A stretch of 64,000 nt of DNA from positions 1 through 64,000 of the forward strand of contig CAZNUA010000005.1 in assembly GCA_964576115.1 (NCBI GenBank), in the 5' to 3' direction. Source of the DNA: an uncultured Gemmatimonadota bacterium (GTDB lineage: Bacteria; Blakebacterota; Blakebacteria; Blakebacterales; Blakebacteraceae). Shown one piece after another: positions 28,510 to 38,227 of the stretch. The position numbers and the translations under genes were made by a program. Positions within the stretch are counted from its first letter, which is position 1, and each line of letters starts with the position of its first letter. Below the pieces are notes generated by a model. The model did not search any database, was not told the origin of the DNA, and worked only from the letters and a program-made list of their open reading frames with translations.

Positions 28510-28981
28510 ACTGGCCGGGCTGATCCACTACTGGGTCGTCATCGTCCTGATGATGATCGGGCTGTACACCGTCATCTCGAAGGGAAACCTGGTCAAGAAG
28601 GTCATCGGTCTGAACATCTTCCAGGTCTCGGTGATCATGTTCTTCGTCTCCATGGGCAAGGTGCGGGGGGGTACGGCCCCGATCTTCGCCGAGGGGATCG
28701 AGATCTATTCCAATCCGGTCCCGCACGTCTTGATGCTGACCGCGATCGTGGTGGCCGTCGCCACGACCGCCTTCGCGCTGGGTCTGATCGTGCGCATCCG
28801 CGACGCCTACGGAACGATCGAAGAGGACGAGATCGGCCTGATCGAGACCGCGGCCGGTCCCGGGGGTGAGATCGCGCCCGTCGAGGCGCAGGCGGAGGCT
28901 GAAGCGGGTCCGGAGGCTGACTCAGATGAGGACTCCGAGTCCGCTACGCAAGCCGGTCCGGATGCGGGGGGAGCCTCCTGA
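28502..28981 (+). CDS. mrpC: Mrp antiporter subunit C with acidic tail
   Basis: NLVKKVIGL; NPVPHVLMLTAIVV. Confidence 0.92.
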   Translation: MAELAGLIHYWVVIVLMMIGLYTVISKGNLVKKVIGLNIFQVSVIMFFVSMGKVRGGTAPIFAEGIEIYSNPVPHVLMLTAIVVAVATTAFALGLIVRIRDAYGTIEEDEIGLIETAAGPGGEIAPVEAQAEAEAGPEADSDEDSESATQAGPDAGGAS

Positions 28982-30483
28982 TGCACGCCTCCGAAGGCTT
29001 CAACCTGGTCCACAACCTGCCCGCCCTCGAGATCGCGGTGCCTCTCTTGAGCGCCACCCTGATCGTCATCATCCGCCGGGCCCGCTGGGCGTGGGCCCTG
29101 GCCACCCTGGTGACCTGGTCGGCCTTCGCCGGTGCGATCGTCCTGCTGCAGCAGGTCCTGCGCCACGGCACGATCAGCTACACCCAGGGGGGCTGGGCGC
29201 CGCCGTGGGGGATCGAGCTGCGGATCGACCTTTTGAACGCCCTGGTTCTGCTGATCGTGACCGGGATCTGCGCCGTGGTCATCCTCACCGGCCCGCGCAC
29301 CCTGCCCCCCGAAGTGCCCGAAAAGCGCCACTACCTCATCTACGCCACGATGCTGCTCTGCATGACCGGCCTGGCCGGCATGACCGTGACCGGCGATGCT
29401 TTCAACATCTTCGTCTTCCTCGAGATCTCCTCCCTCTCGGCCTACGCCCTGGTCAGCCAGGGCGCCACCCGGCGGGCTCTGACCTCGTCGATCCAGTACC
29501 TGGTGATGGGAACCATCGGCGGCACCTTCCTGCTGCTGGGCATCGGTATGCTCTATATGGTCACCGGAACCCTCAACCTGGTCGACATCGCCGCCCGGCT
29601 GGCCGAACTGGGACCCAACCGCACCGTGCTGGTGGCCCTGGCCTGTATTACCATCGGCACCAGCATCAAGCTGGCCGTCTTCCCCCTGCACATCTGGCTG
29701 CCCAACGCCTACACCTACGCCCCGGCGATGGTCACGGCGGTGATTGCCGCCACCGCCACCAAGGTCGCTTTTTACGTTCTCACCCGTTTCGTCTTCACCG
29801 TTTTCGGGGCCGAACTGGCCTTCGGTCATCTGCAGCTCGACCTGGTGCTGATGCCGCTGGCCCTGCTGGCCATGTTCGCCGGCTCGCTGGTGGCCATCTT
29901 CCAGAGCGACATCAAACGCCTGCTGGCCTATTCGAGCGTGGCCCAGATCGGGTACATGGTTCTGGGGCTGAGCCTGGCCAACGAGGCGGGGCTGACCGGC
30001 GGAATCGTGCACCTGTTCAACCACGCCCTGATGAAGAGCGGGCTCTTCCTGGTGATGGCGGCGGTCCTGCTGCGCACCGGGGCCACCACCCTGGAGGCGG
30101 TGCGGGGTCTGGGCCGGCGCATGCCCTGGACCATGGCGGCTTTCACGGTCGGCGGCCTGAGCCTGATCGGGGTGCCTTTGACGGTCGGGTTCGTGAGCAA
30201 GTGGTACCTGGTCAAGGGTGCTCTCGAGGCGGGCCTGTGGCCGGTGGCGGTCCTGATCCTGCTCAGCAGCCTACTGGCCATCGTCTACATCTGGCGGGTC
30301 ATCGAAGCAGCCTACTTCCAATCCGCCCCGGCCGATGCGCCGGAAGTGCGTGAGGCCCCGCTGAGCGTGCTGATCCCGCTCTGGGTGCTGATCGGGGGCG
30401 CGCTCGTCTTCGGGGTGTTCACTCAGCTGAGTGTCGGTACCGCCGGCGGAGCCGCCCGCCTGCTCCTGGGGGTCGGAGGGTGA
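28981..30483 (+). CDS. mrpD: Mrp antiporter subunit D family (1)
   Basis: DAFNIFVFLEI, PLHIWLPNAY, KRLLAYSSVAQIGY and NHALMK motifs. Confidence 0.92.
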   Translation: MHASEGFNLVHNLPALEIAVPLLSATLIVIIRRARWAWALATLVTWSAFAGAIVLLQQVLRHGTISYTQGGWAPPWGIELRIDLLNALVLLIVTGICAVVILTGPRTLPPEVPEKRHYLIYATMLLCMTGLAGMTVTGDAFNIFVFLEISSLSAYALVSQGATRRALTSSIQYLVMGTIGGTFLLLGIGMLYMVTGTLNLVDIAARLAELGPNRTVLVALACITIGTSIKLAVFPLHIWLPNAYTYAPAMVTAVIAATATKVAFYVLTRFVFTVFGAELAFGHLQLDLVLMPLALLAMFAGSLVAIFQSDIKRLLAYSSVAQIGYMVLGLSLANEAGLTGGIVHLFNHALMKSGLFLVMAAVLLRTGATTLEAVRGLGRRMPWTMAAFTVGGLSLIGVPLTVGFVSKWYLVKGALEAGLWPVAVLILLSSLLAIVYIWRVIEAAYFQSAPADAPEVREAPLSVLIPLWVLIGGALVFGVFTQLSVGTAGGAARLLLGVGG

Positions 30484-32078
30484 GCGCGCCGACGATGTCA
30501 GCCCTGGCCGTGCTCTGGCCGCTGGCCGGAGCGGTGGTGGTGGTGCTCCTGCGCCGCTGGCCCAACCTGCGCGAGGCCGCCAGTCTGCTCACCGGGATCA
30601 GCCTCTTTACCCTGATTCTCACGATCGTCGCTCCCGAGGTCGCCGCCGGCGGCCGCCCGGGGCTGACGGTGGTCGAGGTCCTGCCCGGGCTGGCACTCGC
30701 CTTCGAGGTCGAACCCCTCGGTCTGCTCTTCAGCCTGGTGGCCTCGGGACTGTGGATCGTCACCACGCTCTACTCGATCGGCTACATGCGCGGCCACGGC
30801 GAGCAGCACCAGACCCGCTTCTATGTCTGCTTCGCGGTAGCCATCACCGGAGCGGTGGGAGTGGCCTTTGCGGCCAATGTCTTCACTCTCTTCATCTTCT
30901 ATGAGCTGATCACCCTCTCGACCTATCCCCTGGTGACCCACCACGGCACCGAAGCGGCCAAACGGGCCGGCCGGACCTACCTCGGCATCCTCATGGGTAC
31001 CAGCATCGCCCTGCTCCTGCTGGCCCTGATCTGGACTCAGCTGGCCGCCGGCACGACCGATTTCCGTCCCGGCGGCATCCTGGCCGGCCGGGTCGAGGGG
31101 TGGCATCTGGGGGTGCTTCTGGCCCTGTACGCCTTCGGCACCGGCAAGGCCGCCCTGATGCCCTTCCATCGCTGGTTACCCGCGGCGATGGTGGCCCCGA
31201 CCCCGGTCAGCGCCCTGCTGCATGCCGTGGCGGTGGTCAAGGCCGGGGTTTTTACGGTCATGAAGGTGATCGTCTACATCTTCGGGACCGATCTGTTGAG
31301 CTCCACCGGGGCGGCGGACTGGCTCACCTGGGTGGCGGCCGCCACCATCCTGATCGCCTCGGGCGTCGCCATGACCCGCGACAACCTGAAAGCCCGGCTG
31401 GCTTACTCCACCGTCAGCCAGCTCTCCTACATCGTGCTCGGCGCCGCCCTGGCCACGGGGACCAGTGTGATCGGAGGCAGTCTGCACATCGCCATGCACG
31501 CCTTCGGCAAGATCACCCTCTTCTTCTGCGCCGGAGCCATCCTGGTCGGGGCCCACAAGAGCGAGGTGAGCCAGATGGACGGTCTGGGGCGGCGCATGCC
31601 GTTGACCTTCCTCGCTTTTTTCATCGGTTCGGTGAGCGTGATCGGTCTGCCCCCGATGGGCGGGTCGTGGAGCAAGTGGTTCCTGGCCCTGGGAGCGGCC
31701 GAGGGCGGTCAGGGGATCATGATCGGGGTGCTGATGGTCAGCTCTCTGCTCAGCATCGGCTACCTGATGCCGGTCGTGGGGCGGGCCTTCTTCCGGCCCC
31801 TGCCCGAGTCCGAGGATCACGGGGGTCGTGACCACGGGCCCGATGCCGGACACGGGCCGGTGATACACGACCATCACGAGGTCGAAGAACCGGACCGCAG
31901 CTGGTGGCAGCGCCTGCTGGGGACCGAGAAGATGCTCCCCCACTGGCACGTGGGCGAGGGCATCCGCGAAGCCCCCGTACTCTGCGTGCTGGCGCCGATG
32001 CTCACGGCCCTGGGTTGCATCCTGCTCTTCTTTTTCGCCCGGGATCTCTACACCCTTCTGAGCGGGATCGGCCGATGA
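30480..32078 (+). CDS. Mrp antiporter subunit D/A family (2)
   Basis: PFHRWLPAAMVAPTPVSALLHAVAVVKAG, RLAYSTVSQLSY and HAFGK motifs. Confidence 0.9.
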   Translation: MSAPTMSALAVLWPLAGAVVVVLLRRWPNLREAASLLTGISLFTLILTIVAPEVAAGGRPGLTVVEVLPGLALAFEVEPLGLLFSLVASGLWIVTTLYSIGYMRGHGEQHQTRFYVCFAVAITGAVGVAFAANVFTLFIFYELITLSTYPLVTHHGTEAAKRAGRTYLGILMGTSIALLLLALIWTQLAAGTTDFRPGGILAGRVEGWHLGVLLALYAFGTGKAALMPFHRWLPAAMVAPTPVSALLHAVAVVKAGVFTVMKVIVYIFGTDLLSSTGAADWLTWVAAATILIASGVAMTRDNLKARLAYSTVSQLSYIVLGAALATGTSVIGGSLHIAMHAFGKITLFFCAGAILVGAHKSEVSQMDGLGRRMPLTFLAFFIGSVSVIGLPPMGGSWSKWFLALGAAEGGQGIMIGVLMVSSLLSIGYLMPVVGRAFFRPLPESEDHGGRDHGPDAGHGPVIHDHHEVEEPDRSWWQRLLGTEKMLPHWHVGEGIREAPVLCVLAPMLTALGCILLFFFARDLYTLLSGIGR

Positions 32079-32458
32079 AGAACGACGAACGCCGATACTG
32101 GCTCGACGAGCCCCGCAACGTGCGCAAGATCGTCTACGCCCTCTTCGCACTCTGCGCCGGTCTGATCGCCGCCGATCTCTTCGTGCACCATCACGGCCAT
32201 TTCCCCTTCGAGCAGTGGTTCGGCTTCTTCGGCTTCTATGGTTTCTTCTCCTGCGTGGGGCTGGTTCTGGCGGCCAAGGGTCTACGGGCTTTGCTCAAGC
32301 GCAGCGAGGACTACTACTCCCGCGACAGTCTCGATGCCTGGGGCCGGAGCACCGGCTGGGGGGTCGAGTCCGATCCGGGCTCCTCCGAAGAGGACGACCG
32401 GTTCGAGGCTGAAGAGCCCGAGGCCGAACAGGCCGGGGAGGAGGGGCTCCATGCTTGA
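32075..32458 (+). CDS. Small Mrp-associated 2-TM protein
   Basis: Overlaps both neighbours; GFYGFFSCVGLV...LKRSEDYY; acidic tail. Confidence 0.8.
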   Translation: MKNDERRYWLDEPRNVRKIVYALFALCAGLIAADLFVHHHGHFPFEQWFGFFGFYGFFSCVGLVLAAKGLRALLKRSEDYYSRDSLDAWGRSTGWGVESDPGSSEEDDRFEAEEPEAEQAGEEGLHA

Positions 32459-34166
32459 GCACCTGCCCCCCGGCAGCCTGCTGATCCTCGGCTCGCTCTT
32501 CTTCATCATTCTGCGTGGTCGGGCACAGAAGGTCTGGTTGATCGTGCTGCCGATCGTGAGCGCGATTCACCTGCTCACCTTTTCCGCCGGTACGGTGGTC
32601 TCTTTCAACCTTTTCGGTTACGAGCTGGCACCGATCCGGATCGACCGTCTCAGCCTGGTCTGGGGTTACATCTTCCACATCTCGGCTCTGCTCAGCGCCA
32701 TCTTCGCCTTGCACGTCAATGACCGCACCGAGCACATCGCGGCCATGATGTACGTGGGCAGCGCCCTGAGCGCGGTCTTCGCCGGCGATCTGATCACCCT
32801 CTTCGTTTTCTGGGAACTGACCGCGGTGACTTCGGTCTTCCTGATCTGGGCCCGGCGGACCGAGACCGCTTACCGGGCCGGGATGCGCTACCTGGTGATC
32901 CAGGTCGGCTCGGGAGTGCTGCTGCTGGCGGGGATCATCCTCCACTATCACGCCACCGGCTCGCTGGCCTTCGACCAGCTCATCGGTGCCGACGGGCGGC
33001 TGGCCACGGCCGGGCCCGGAGTGCTGCTCATCTTCCTGGCCTTCGGGATCAAGGCCGCCTTTCCCCTGTTGCACAACTGGCTGCAGGACGCCTACCCCGA
33101 GGCGACCGTGTCGGGAACGGTTTTCCTGAGCGCCTTCACCACCAAGCTGGCCATCTATGCCCTGGCCCGCGGCTTCGCGGGGACCGAGATCCTGGTCTGG
33201 ATCGGGGCCATCATGACGGCCTTCCCGATCTTCTACGCCGTCATCGAAAACGATCTGCGCCGGGTGCTGGCCTACAGCCTGAACAACCAGCTCGGCTTCA
33301 TGGTAGTTGGGATCGGGATCGGCTCGGCTCTGTCCCTGAACGGCACCGCCGCCCACGCTTTTGCCCACATCCTCTACAAGGCCCTGCTCTTCATGTCGAT
33401 GGGAGCCGTTCTCTACCGCACCGGCACGATCAAGGGCTCGGAGCTGGGGGGTCTGTACAAGACCATGCCGTGGACGGCGGTCTTCTGCTCGGTGGGGGCG
33501 GCCTCGATCTCGGCCTTTCCCCTGTTCAGCGGTTTCGTTTCGAAGTCGCTGATCATGAGCGCGGCGGCCGGCGAGCACAGGATCGCCATCTGGCTCATTC
33601 TTCTCTTCGCTTCAGCCGGTGTCTTCCACCACTCGGGGATCAAGATCCCCTTCTTCGCCTTCTTCGCCCACGATTCGGGCCGGCGCCCGAAAGAGGCCCC
33701 GCCGCACATGCTCCTGTCGATGGGGATCACCGCCGCCCTCTGCATCCTGATCGGCATCTTCCCCGGCCCGCTCTACCGCATCCTGCCCTTCCCCGTGGAC
33801 TACAATGCCTATGCCGGGGGCCACGTCCTGACCCAGATGCAGCTGCTGGTCCTCTCGGCCCTGGCCTTCACGGTCCTCAAATTGACCGGGATCTATCCCC
33901 CCGAGCTGCGCTCGACCAACCTCGATTCCGACTGGGCGTACCGGCGTCTGCTGCCGTCCGTGGTGCGGGTTTGCCTGACGGTCGGGAGCCAGGCTCGGGC
34001 CGAACTGACGGCCGCAGCCCGTTCGGCGGGGCGGTGGATCTATGGCCTGGTCTTCCGTCTCCACGGCCCCGAGGGAGTCTTCGCCCGCACCTGGTCGACC
34101 GGATCCATCGCCATCTGGGCGGTCCTCGGGCTGGGCTTGTACCTGCTGCTCTACTTCCTGCTCTAG
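32451..34166 (+). CDS. Mrp antiporter subunit D/A family (3)
   Basis: GDLITLFVFWE, LHNWLQDAYPEAT, FTTK, RRVLAYS and HILYK motifs; GGAGG RBS. Confidence 0.9.
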   Translation: MLEHLPPGSLLILGSLFFIILRGRAQKVWLIVLPIVSAIHLLTFSAGTVVSFNLFGYELAPIRIDRLSLVWGYIFHISALLSAIFALHVNDRTEHIAAMMYVGSALSAVFAGDLITLFVFWELTAVTSVFLIWARRTETAYRAGMRYLVIQVGSGVLLLAGIILHYHATGSLAFDQLIGADGRLATAGPGVLLIFLAFGIKAAFPLLHNWLQDAYPEATVSGTVFLSAFTTKLAIYALARGFAGTEILVWIGAIMTAFPIFYAVIENDLRRVLAYSLNNQLGFMVVGIGIGSALSLNGTAAHAFAHILYKALLFMSMGAVLYRTGTIKGSELGGLYKTMPWTAVFCSVGAASISAFPLFSGFVSKSLIMSAAAGEHRIAIWLILLFASAGVFHHSGIKIPFFAFFAHDSGRRPKEAPPHMLLSMGITAALCILIGIFPGPLYRILPFPVDYNAYAGGHVLTQMQLLVLSALAFTVLKLTGIYPPELRSTNLDSDWAYRRLLPSVVRVCLTVGSQARAELTAAARSAGRWIYGLVFRLHGPEGVFARTWSTGSIAIWAVLGLGLYLLLYFLL

Positions 34167-34185
34167 TCTGACCGGGGAGTCTGCC

Positions 34186-35388
34186 ATGATCTCTCTCCAG
34201 CGGTGCGGTCGCCGATCATGTCGATCTATCCTGACGGCGTTCCTGATCACGCTCCCGCTTCTGCTCCTCCCGGCCTGTTCGGCGCCCGATTCCCGCCTGG
34301 TCGAGATCGAGGGGGTGATGCACGTGCGCAATCCGGCCGCACCCGCCCGGCCCGACCTGCAGGTGGAGTTAGAACCACTTTTCAGAATCGGTTCGGCCGA
34401 GGGCGAGGAGGAAACGATTTTCAGCGCCATCAGTGCCCTGGGGGTCGCTCCGGAGGGCCAGATCTGTCTGCTCGATTACCGGAGTTACGAGGTGCGGGTC
34501 TTTACACCCGAGGGGGTCTTCTCCCACGACTTTGGAGGCCGCGGGCAGGGCCCGGGGGAGTTCGACCTGGTACCTCCGGAAGGGATGAGCCTCGACCCGG
34601 ACAGCCGGATCTGGATCGCCGATATCGGCCGCAACCGGATCGTTGTTCACACCCTCGCGGGGGAGCTGGTACGGACGATCGCACCGACTACCCCGATCCC
34701 GGAATTCATCAAACCCTTCGGAACCGGCTATTACGGGATTGTCGACCGGAACACATCTCTACCCGGAGGGATGGAGATCGAGACAACGTACTGCCTGATC
34801 CGCTATTCGATTGCGGGGGATTCGCTGGGTGAGATCATGTCGAGCCGGGCGGTCGTGAATCCCAGCCATATGCAAAGCAGCGTTCAGACTTCAGCCTATC
34901 CGATCTACTGTCTCGACCGGGCCGGGCGGATCTGGCAGAGCCGCTGGCGAACCGATGCCTACGAACTCAATGTCTGGTCTGAAAGCGGCGAAATCGTTCG
35001 GATCGTCGAGGTGGCGGCCGGCCCGGTCCGCAAATCAGATGGAGAAATCGCCCGGGAAGAGGCCATGTTCGAACGGATCTGGAGCATGCTTCCCGAGCGC
35101 CCGGACGATCTCGAGGTGCCCGAGATCGATCCCCTCAAACCCTTCTTCTCCACCCTGACGGCCGATCCGCGGGGCCTGATCTGGGTGCTCGTCAACCGCA
35201 GCGGCATTGCCGAACGCACGGCTTTCGATCTCTTCAGCCCCGAGGGGTTCTATCTGAAACGGATCGAGGTGCCGGGGCCGGGCAGTATCGAGCACGCCGT
35301 GATCGGGACCGATCGGGCGTACTTCGCCGGATCAGATGCCGACGGGGTACCCTGTCTTTCTGTCTTCGCTCTGGCGATCGGAAACTGA
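34186..35388 (+). CDS. Six-bladed beta-propeller (NHL-like) lipoprotein
   Basis: LLPAC lipobox; FGGRGQGPGEF, IWIAD and FDLFSPEG motifs. Confidence 0.78.
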   Translation: MISLQRCGRRSCRSILTAFLITLPLLLLPACSAPDSRLVEIEGVMHVRNPAAPARPDLQVELEPLFRIGSAEGEEETIFSAISALGVAPEGQICLLDYRSYEVRVFTPEGVFSHDFGGRGQGPGEFDLVPPEGMSLDPDSRIWIADIGRNRIVVHTLAGELVRTIAPTTPIPEFIKPFGTGYYGIVDRNTSLPGGMEIETTYCLIRYSIAGDSLGEIMSSRAVVNPSHMQSSVQTSAYPIYCLDRAGRIWQSRWRTDAYELNVWSESGEIVRIVEVAAGPVRKSDGEIAREEAMFERIWSMLPERPDDLEVPEIDPLKPFFSTLTADPRGLIWVLVNRSGIAERTAFDLFSPEGFYLKRIEVPGPGSIEHAVIGTDRAYFAGSDADGVPCLSVFALAIGN

Positions 35389-35446
35389 GAGCGTCGGACA
35401 CCCCCGGGCCGGTCCGGCGGCTACCCCGCTCGCCTGCCGTTCGACC

Positions 35447-38227
35447 TCAGAAACGGATCCGGATTCCCGTGTTGATGATCAGGGGAGTCTCGTAGTAGTG
35501 GGAGCGGTCCCAGTGATCGCTGGTGTTGCCGGCCTCGAGACCGGGATCGTCGGCCCGGCCGGTGCGGGAATAGACCAGCAGGACGTTGCGGCGATCGAAG
35601 AGATTGCGCACGTCGGCGAACAGGTCGAGATCGAGCCCGAAGAGAGCGATCTCTCGATCCAGGCGCAGGTCGGCCCGTAGCGTCCACGGCATCCGCTCCG
35701 AGAGACAGCCTTCCTCCTCGCCGGCACTGTTGACGGGCGTGAATGGACGTCCCGATGCCGCCCGTACGATCAGCCCGGCCGAAAACCGCTCGAAGGGGTG
35801 CAGGCCGGCCAGCTGCGGGCCCTCGCCTTTGCCGACATGCAGGGTCAGCAGACCGGTGACGGTATGGGTTCTGTCCCACGGGACCGGGCCGTATCTCTTC
35901 GGCATCTCCTGCAGGCTCTGTTGTTCGACATAACCGGTCCAGGGATCGGCGCGGTTGTACTCGCTCTCGAGTGCGGTGTATTCCAGGTGCCCGCTCCAGA
36001 TACCCCGCCAGCGTCGTTGCAGGCGCAACGAGAAGGCCCGGATGCGGGCGGTATCGACGTTCAGGAAGACGGTGTAATCGTAGGGATTGCTCACTCCGGC
36101 GAAAAAAGCCGGTACATACTCGGTGCTGGCCAGGTTGCGCATGTCCCGGGCCCGGAAAGCCGCTTCCATCACCAGGTCGCGGGTGAGCAGGTGCCGCAGT
36201 CCGCAGGTGAAAATGACGCTCGTTTCCGGTCCCAGCGCGGGATTGCCGATCAGGGGCAGGGGGTCCTCCAGGGTACCCTGCGTGTAGAGCATCCACCAGG
36301 GTGGGGGGCTCGCATAGTGCCCGTAGCCGGTATACACCACCGACCGCTCCGAGAGGGGGAAGGTGAGCCCGAGACGGGGCGAGAGCCGCTTCTGGGTCGC
36401 AGCCCGTTTCACCGGCGCTGTATCGGGATCGAGGGGATCGATGACGAGGTTTCCCTCACGATCCATCGGGCTGCGGGGATCGAGCCAGGAGGGCATGGAC
36501 AGGTCGCTGCTCCGGTAGGCGTCATACCGCAGGCCCGCCTCGATGATGAGATCCTCACCGGTGATACGGGCCGTCATCCAGCCGGCCATCTCCCGGGGGC
36601 TGTACTGATAATCGGTGGTCCCCAGCGAAGTCAGCCAGACCCGACTGACAGTGTGCCGATCGAAGGTCAGCCAGCGGCTTTCACAGCCGAAGGAGAACTG
36701 CCGCCCGGGCGCCGGATCCCAGTTCATGTCGGCCCGGAGGGTGCGCCGGATCTGCGTCTCGTCGCCGTACCAGCGGTCCGATCCGTCGTTGAACGAGGGG
36801 CCGATCTCCATCGGGGCGTACCCGCAGCGTCGGGTATGGTCACCACCGGGGTCAAAGGGAAGCGGTTCCAGGGTAACGAGGGTCATCGGATCGTCGGGGG
36901 TCCAGAGGGGATTCCCGAGCGAGTCGGTCAGGGTGTGGTAATTGTCATAACCCGGCGACCAGCCGGCGGCATTGACCCAGCGCTTGACCCGCAGGGTGGT
37001 TTCCCGGGTTGCATATTCAGCCCGCAGGGTTGTGCGCAGATCGGATCGGGAAACCAGAGACCACCGCACGGTGAAACGACCGCTGTCGGATTGGCGCCGG
37101 ATCCGTTCGTTCGGCCAGTCGATCACCCCGGTGCCGGGAATGATCTGCGAGGGATCGTCGGCATCGTAGCGGGGCGTTCCCAGCACGGCGTTGCGCTCGA
37201 TCTCGGCGGGCAGTCCGGCGAACATGACATAGCGCCAGGGGTGGGTGTAGGGCATTCGCTCGGCATGGGAGCGCAGGCCGGTCAGGCGCAAGGTGCCGAG
37301 TCCTTCCTCCCGCCAGGCCAGCGAGGCCAGGACGTCCCAGCCGAGGCGCTGGCCGTAGCCGAGCCAGCCGCTGTAGATGTCGAGCGGTTCGATCGCGCGG
37401 CCGTCGGAACCCTGCTGGTCGTAGACCGCGCCTTCGGCATAGGTGATCTCCGGGTGAAACGATCCCGGATCGTCGGGATCGACCGCCCGGTCGAAGGTGA
37501 TATCGTCTTTGCGTACGAGCATGTCCCGCCCGCTTTGAGCCGAACCCGTCAGAAAGAGAGTGTAGTTCCGGCCGGGCAGAGGCCCGCCGAGGTACCCCTC
37601 GACGGTGGTCAGATCGCGTACGTCGTCGGCCGCCCGGCCGCTCAGCTCGCTCGAACTCACTTCCACCTCGGCTCCCCAGTGCGCACCGCCGCGCCGGGTG
37701 ATCAGGTTCACCACTGCGCCGGGGGCGTTGGTCATTGCGGCCCCGGCGCCCGCGGTCTGGATGACGATCCCGGCCAATCCCATCCGGGGAATCCCCCCGG
37801 GCAGACCGCTGTACGACAGTTCGGTCAGCTGCAGACCATCGAGGGTGAAGGCGGTCTGACCCTCCCGCATCCCGGCCAGGTGGTATTCGGTGATTCCCCG
37901 GTCGCGGTAGTATGGCTGACGGTCCCGTTCGTCCCATTGCTCGACGCAGGTGGCCTGCAGGGCCACGATCTCCTCTACGGTCCGGGCCGGCAGACGGGCG
38001 ATCGCGGCTGAATCGATCGTGACGATCCAGAAGGGCCGCAGCCAGGTCAGGGTATCTGTCTCGGCGGCGATAGTGGTGTCGGCCTGACCGGCAATCGCCG
38101 GGGCGGGTGTGCAGGCCCGGGCAGCCGGGGGCAGGACCAGACCGAACAGAAGGATGAGGATTCCCGCAGCTCGTGCGATGAGGTCCCGATAGCGTTCTGC
38201 GAGCGGACGTAGGAGCATATTCCTCAC
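35447..38227 (-). CDS. TonB-dependent receptor-like outer-membrane protein (copy B)
   Basis: Plug (LPARTVEEIVALQ...FTLDG...VVNLITR); AGLRYD, LSPRLGLTFP, GNPALGPE, VRNLFD; C-terminal GIRIRF. Confidence 0.85.
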   Translation of the reverse strand: MRNMLLRPLAERYRDLIARAAGILILLFGLVLPPAARACTPAPAIAGQADTTIAAETDTLTWLRPFWIVTIDSAAIARLPARTVEEIVALQATCVEQWDERDRQPYYRDRGITEYHLAGMREGQTAFTLDGLQLTELSYSGLPGGIPRMGLAGIVIQTAGAGAAMTNAPGAVVNLITRRGGAHWGAEVEVSSSELSGRAADDVRDLTTVEGYLGGPLPGRNYTLFLTGSAQSGRDMLVRKDDITFDRAVDPDDPGSFHPEITYAEGAVYDQQGSDGRAIEPLDIYSGWLGYGQRLGWDVLASLAWREEGLGTLRLTGLRSHAERMPYTHPWRYVMFAGLPAEIERNAVLGTPRYDADDPSQIIPGTGVIDWPNERIRRQSDSGRFTVRWSLVSRSDLRTTLRAEYATRETTLRVKRWVNAAGWSPGYDNYHTLTDSLGNPLWTPDDPMTLVTLEPLPFDPGGDHTRRCGYAPMEIGPSFNDGSDRWYGDETQIRRTLRADMNWDPAPGRQFSFGCESRWLTFDRHTVSRVWLTSLGTTDYQYSPREMAGWMTARITGEDLIIEAGLRYDAYRSSDLSMPSWLDPRSPMDREGNLVIDPLDPDTAPVKRAATQKRLSPRLGLTFPLSERSVVYTGYGHYASPPPWWMLYTQGTLEDPLPLIGNPALGPETSVIFTCGLRHLLTRDLVMEAAFRARDMRNLASTEYVPAFFAGVSNPYDYTVFLNVDTARIRAFSLRLQRRWRGIWSGHLEYTALESEYNRADPWTGYVEQQSLQEMPKRYGPVPWDRTHTVTGLLTLHVGKGEGPQLAGLHPFERFSAGLIVRAASGRPFTPVNSAGEEEGCLSERMPWTLRADLRLDREIALFGLDLDLFADVRNLFDRRNVLLVYSRTGRADDPGLEAGNTSDHWDRSHYYETPLIINTGIRIRF

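Noticed and set aside
26378-34166. Membrane-bound hydrogenase (Mbh/Ech) or complex I
   Set aside because: No NiFe large or small subunit, NuoH or Fe-S subunit flanks the antiporter genes.
35798-38011. 737-aa plus-strand ORF
   Set aside because: Antisense shadow of the TBDR gene.
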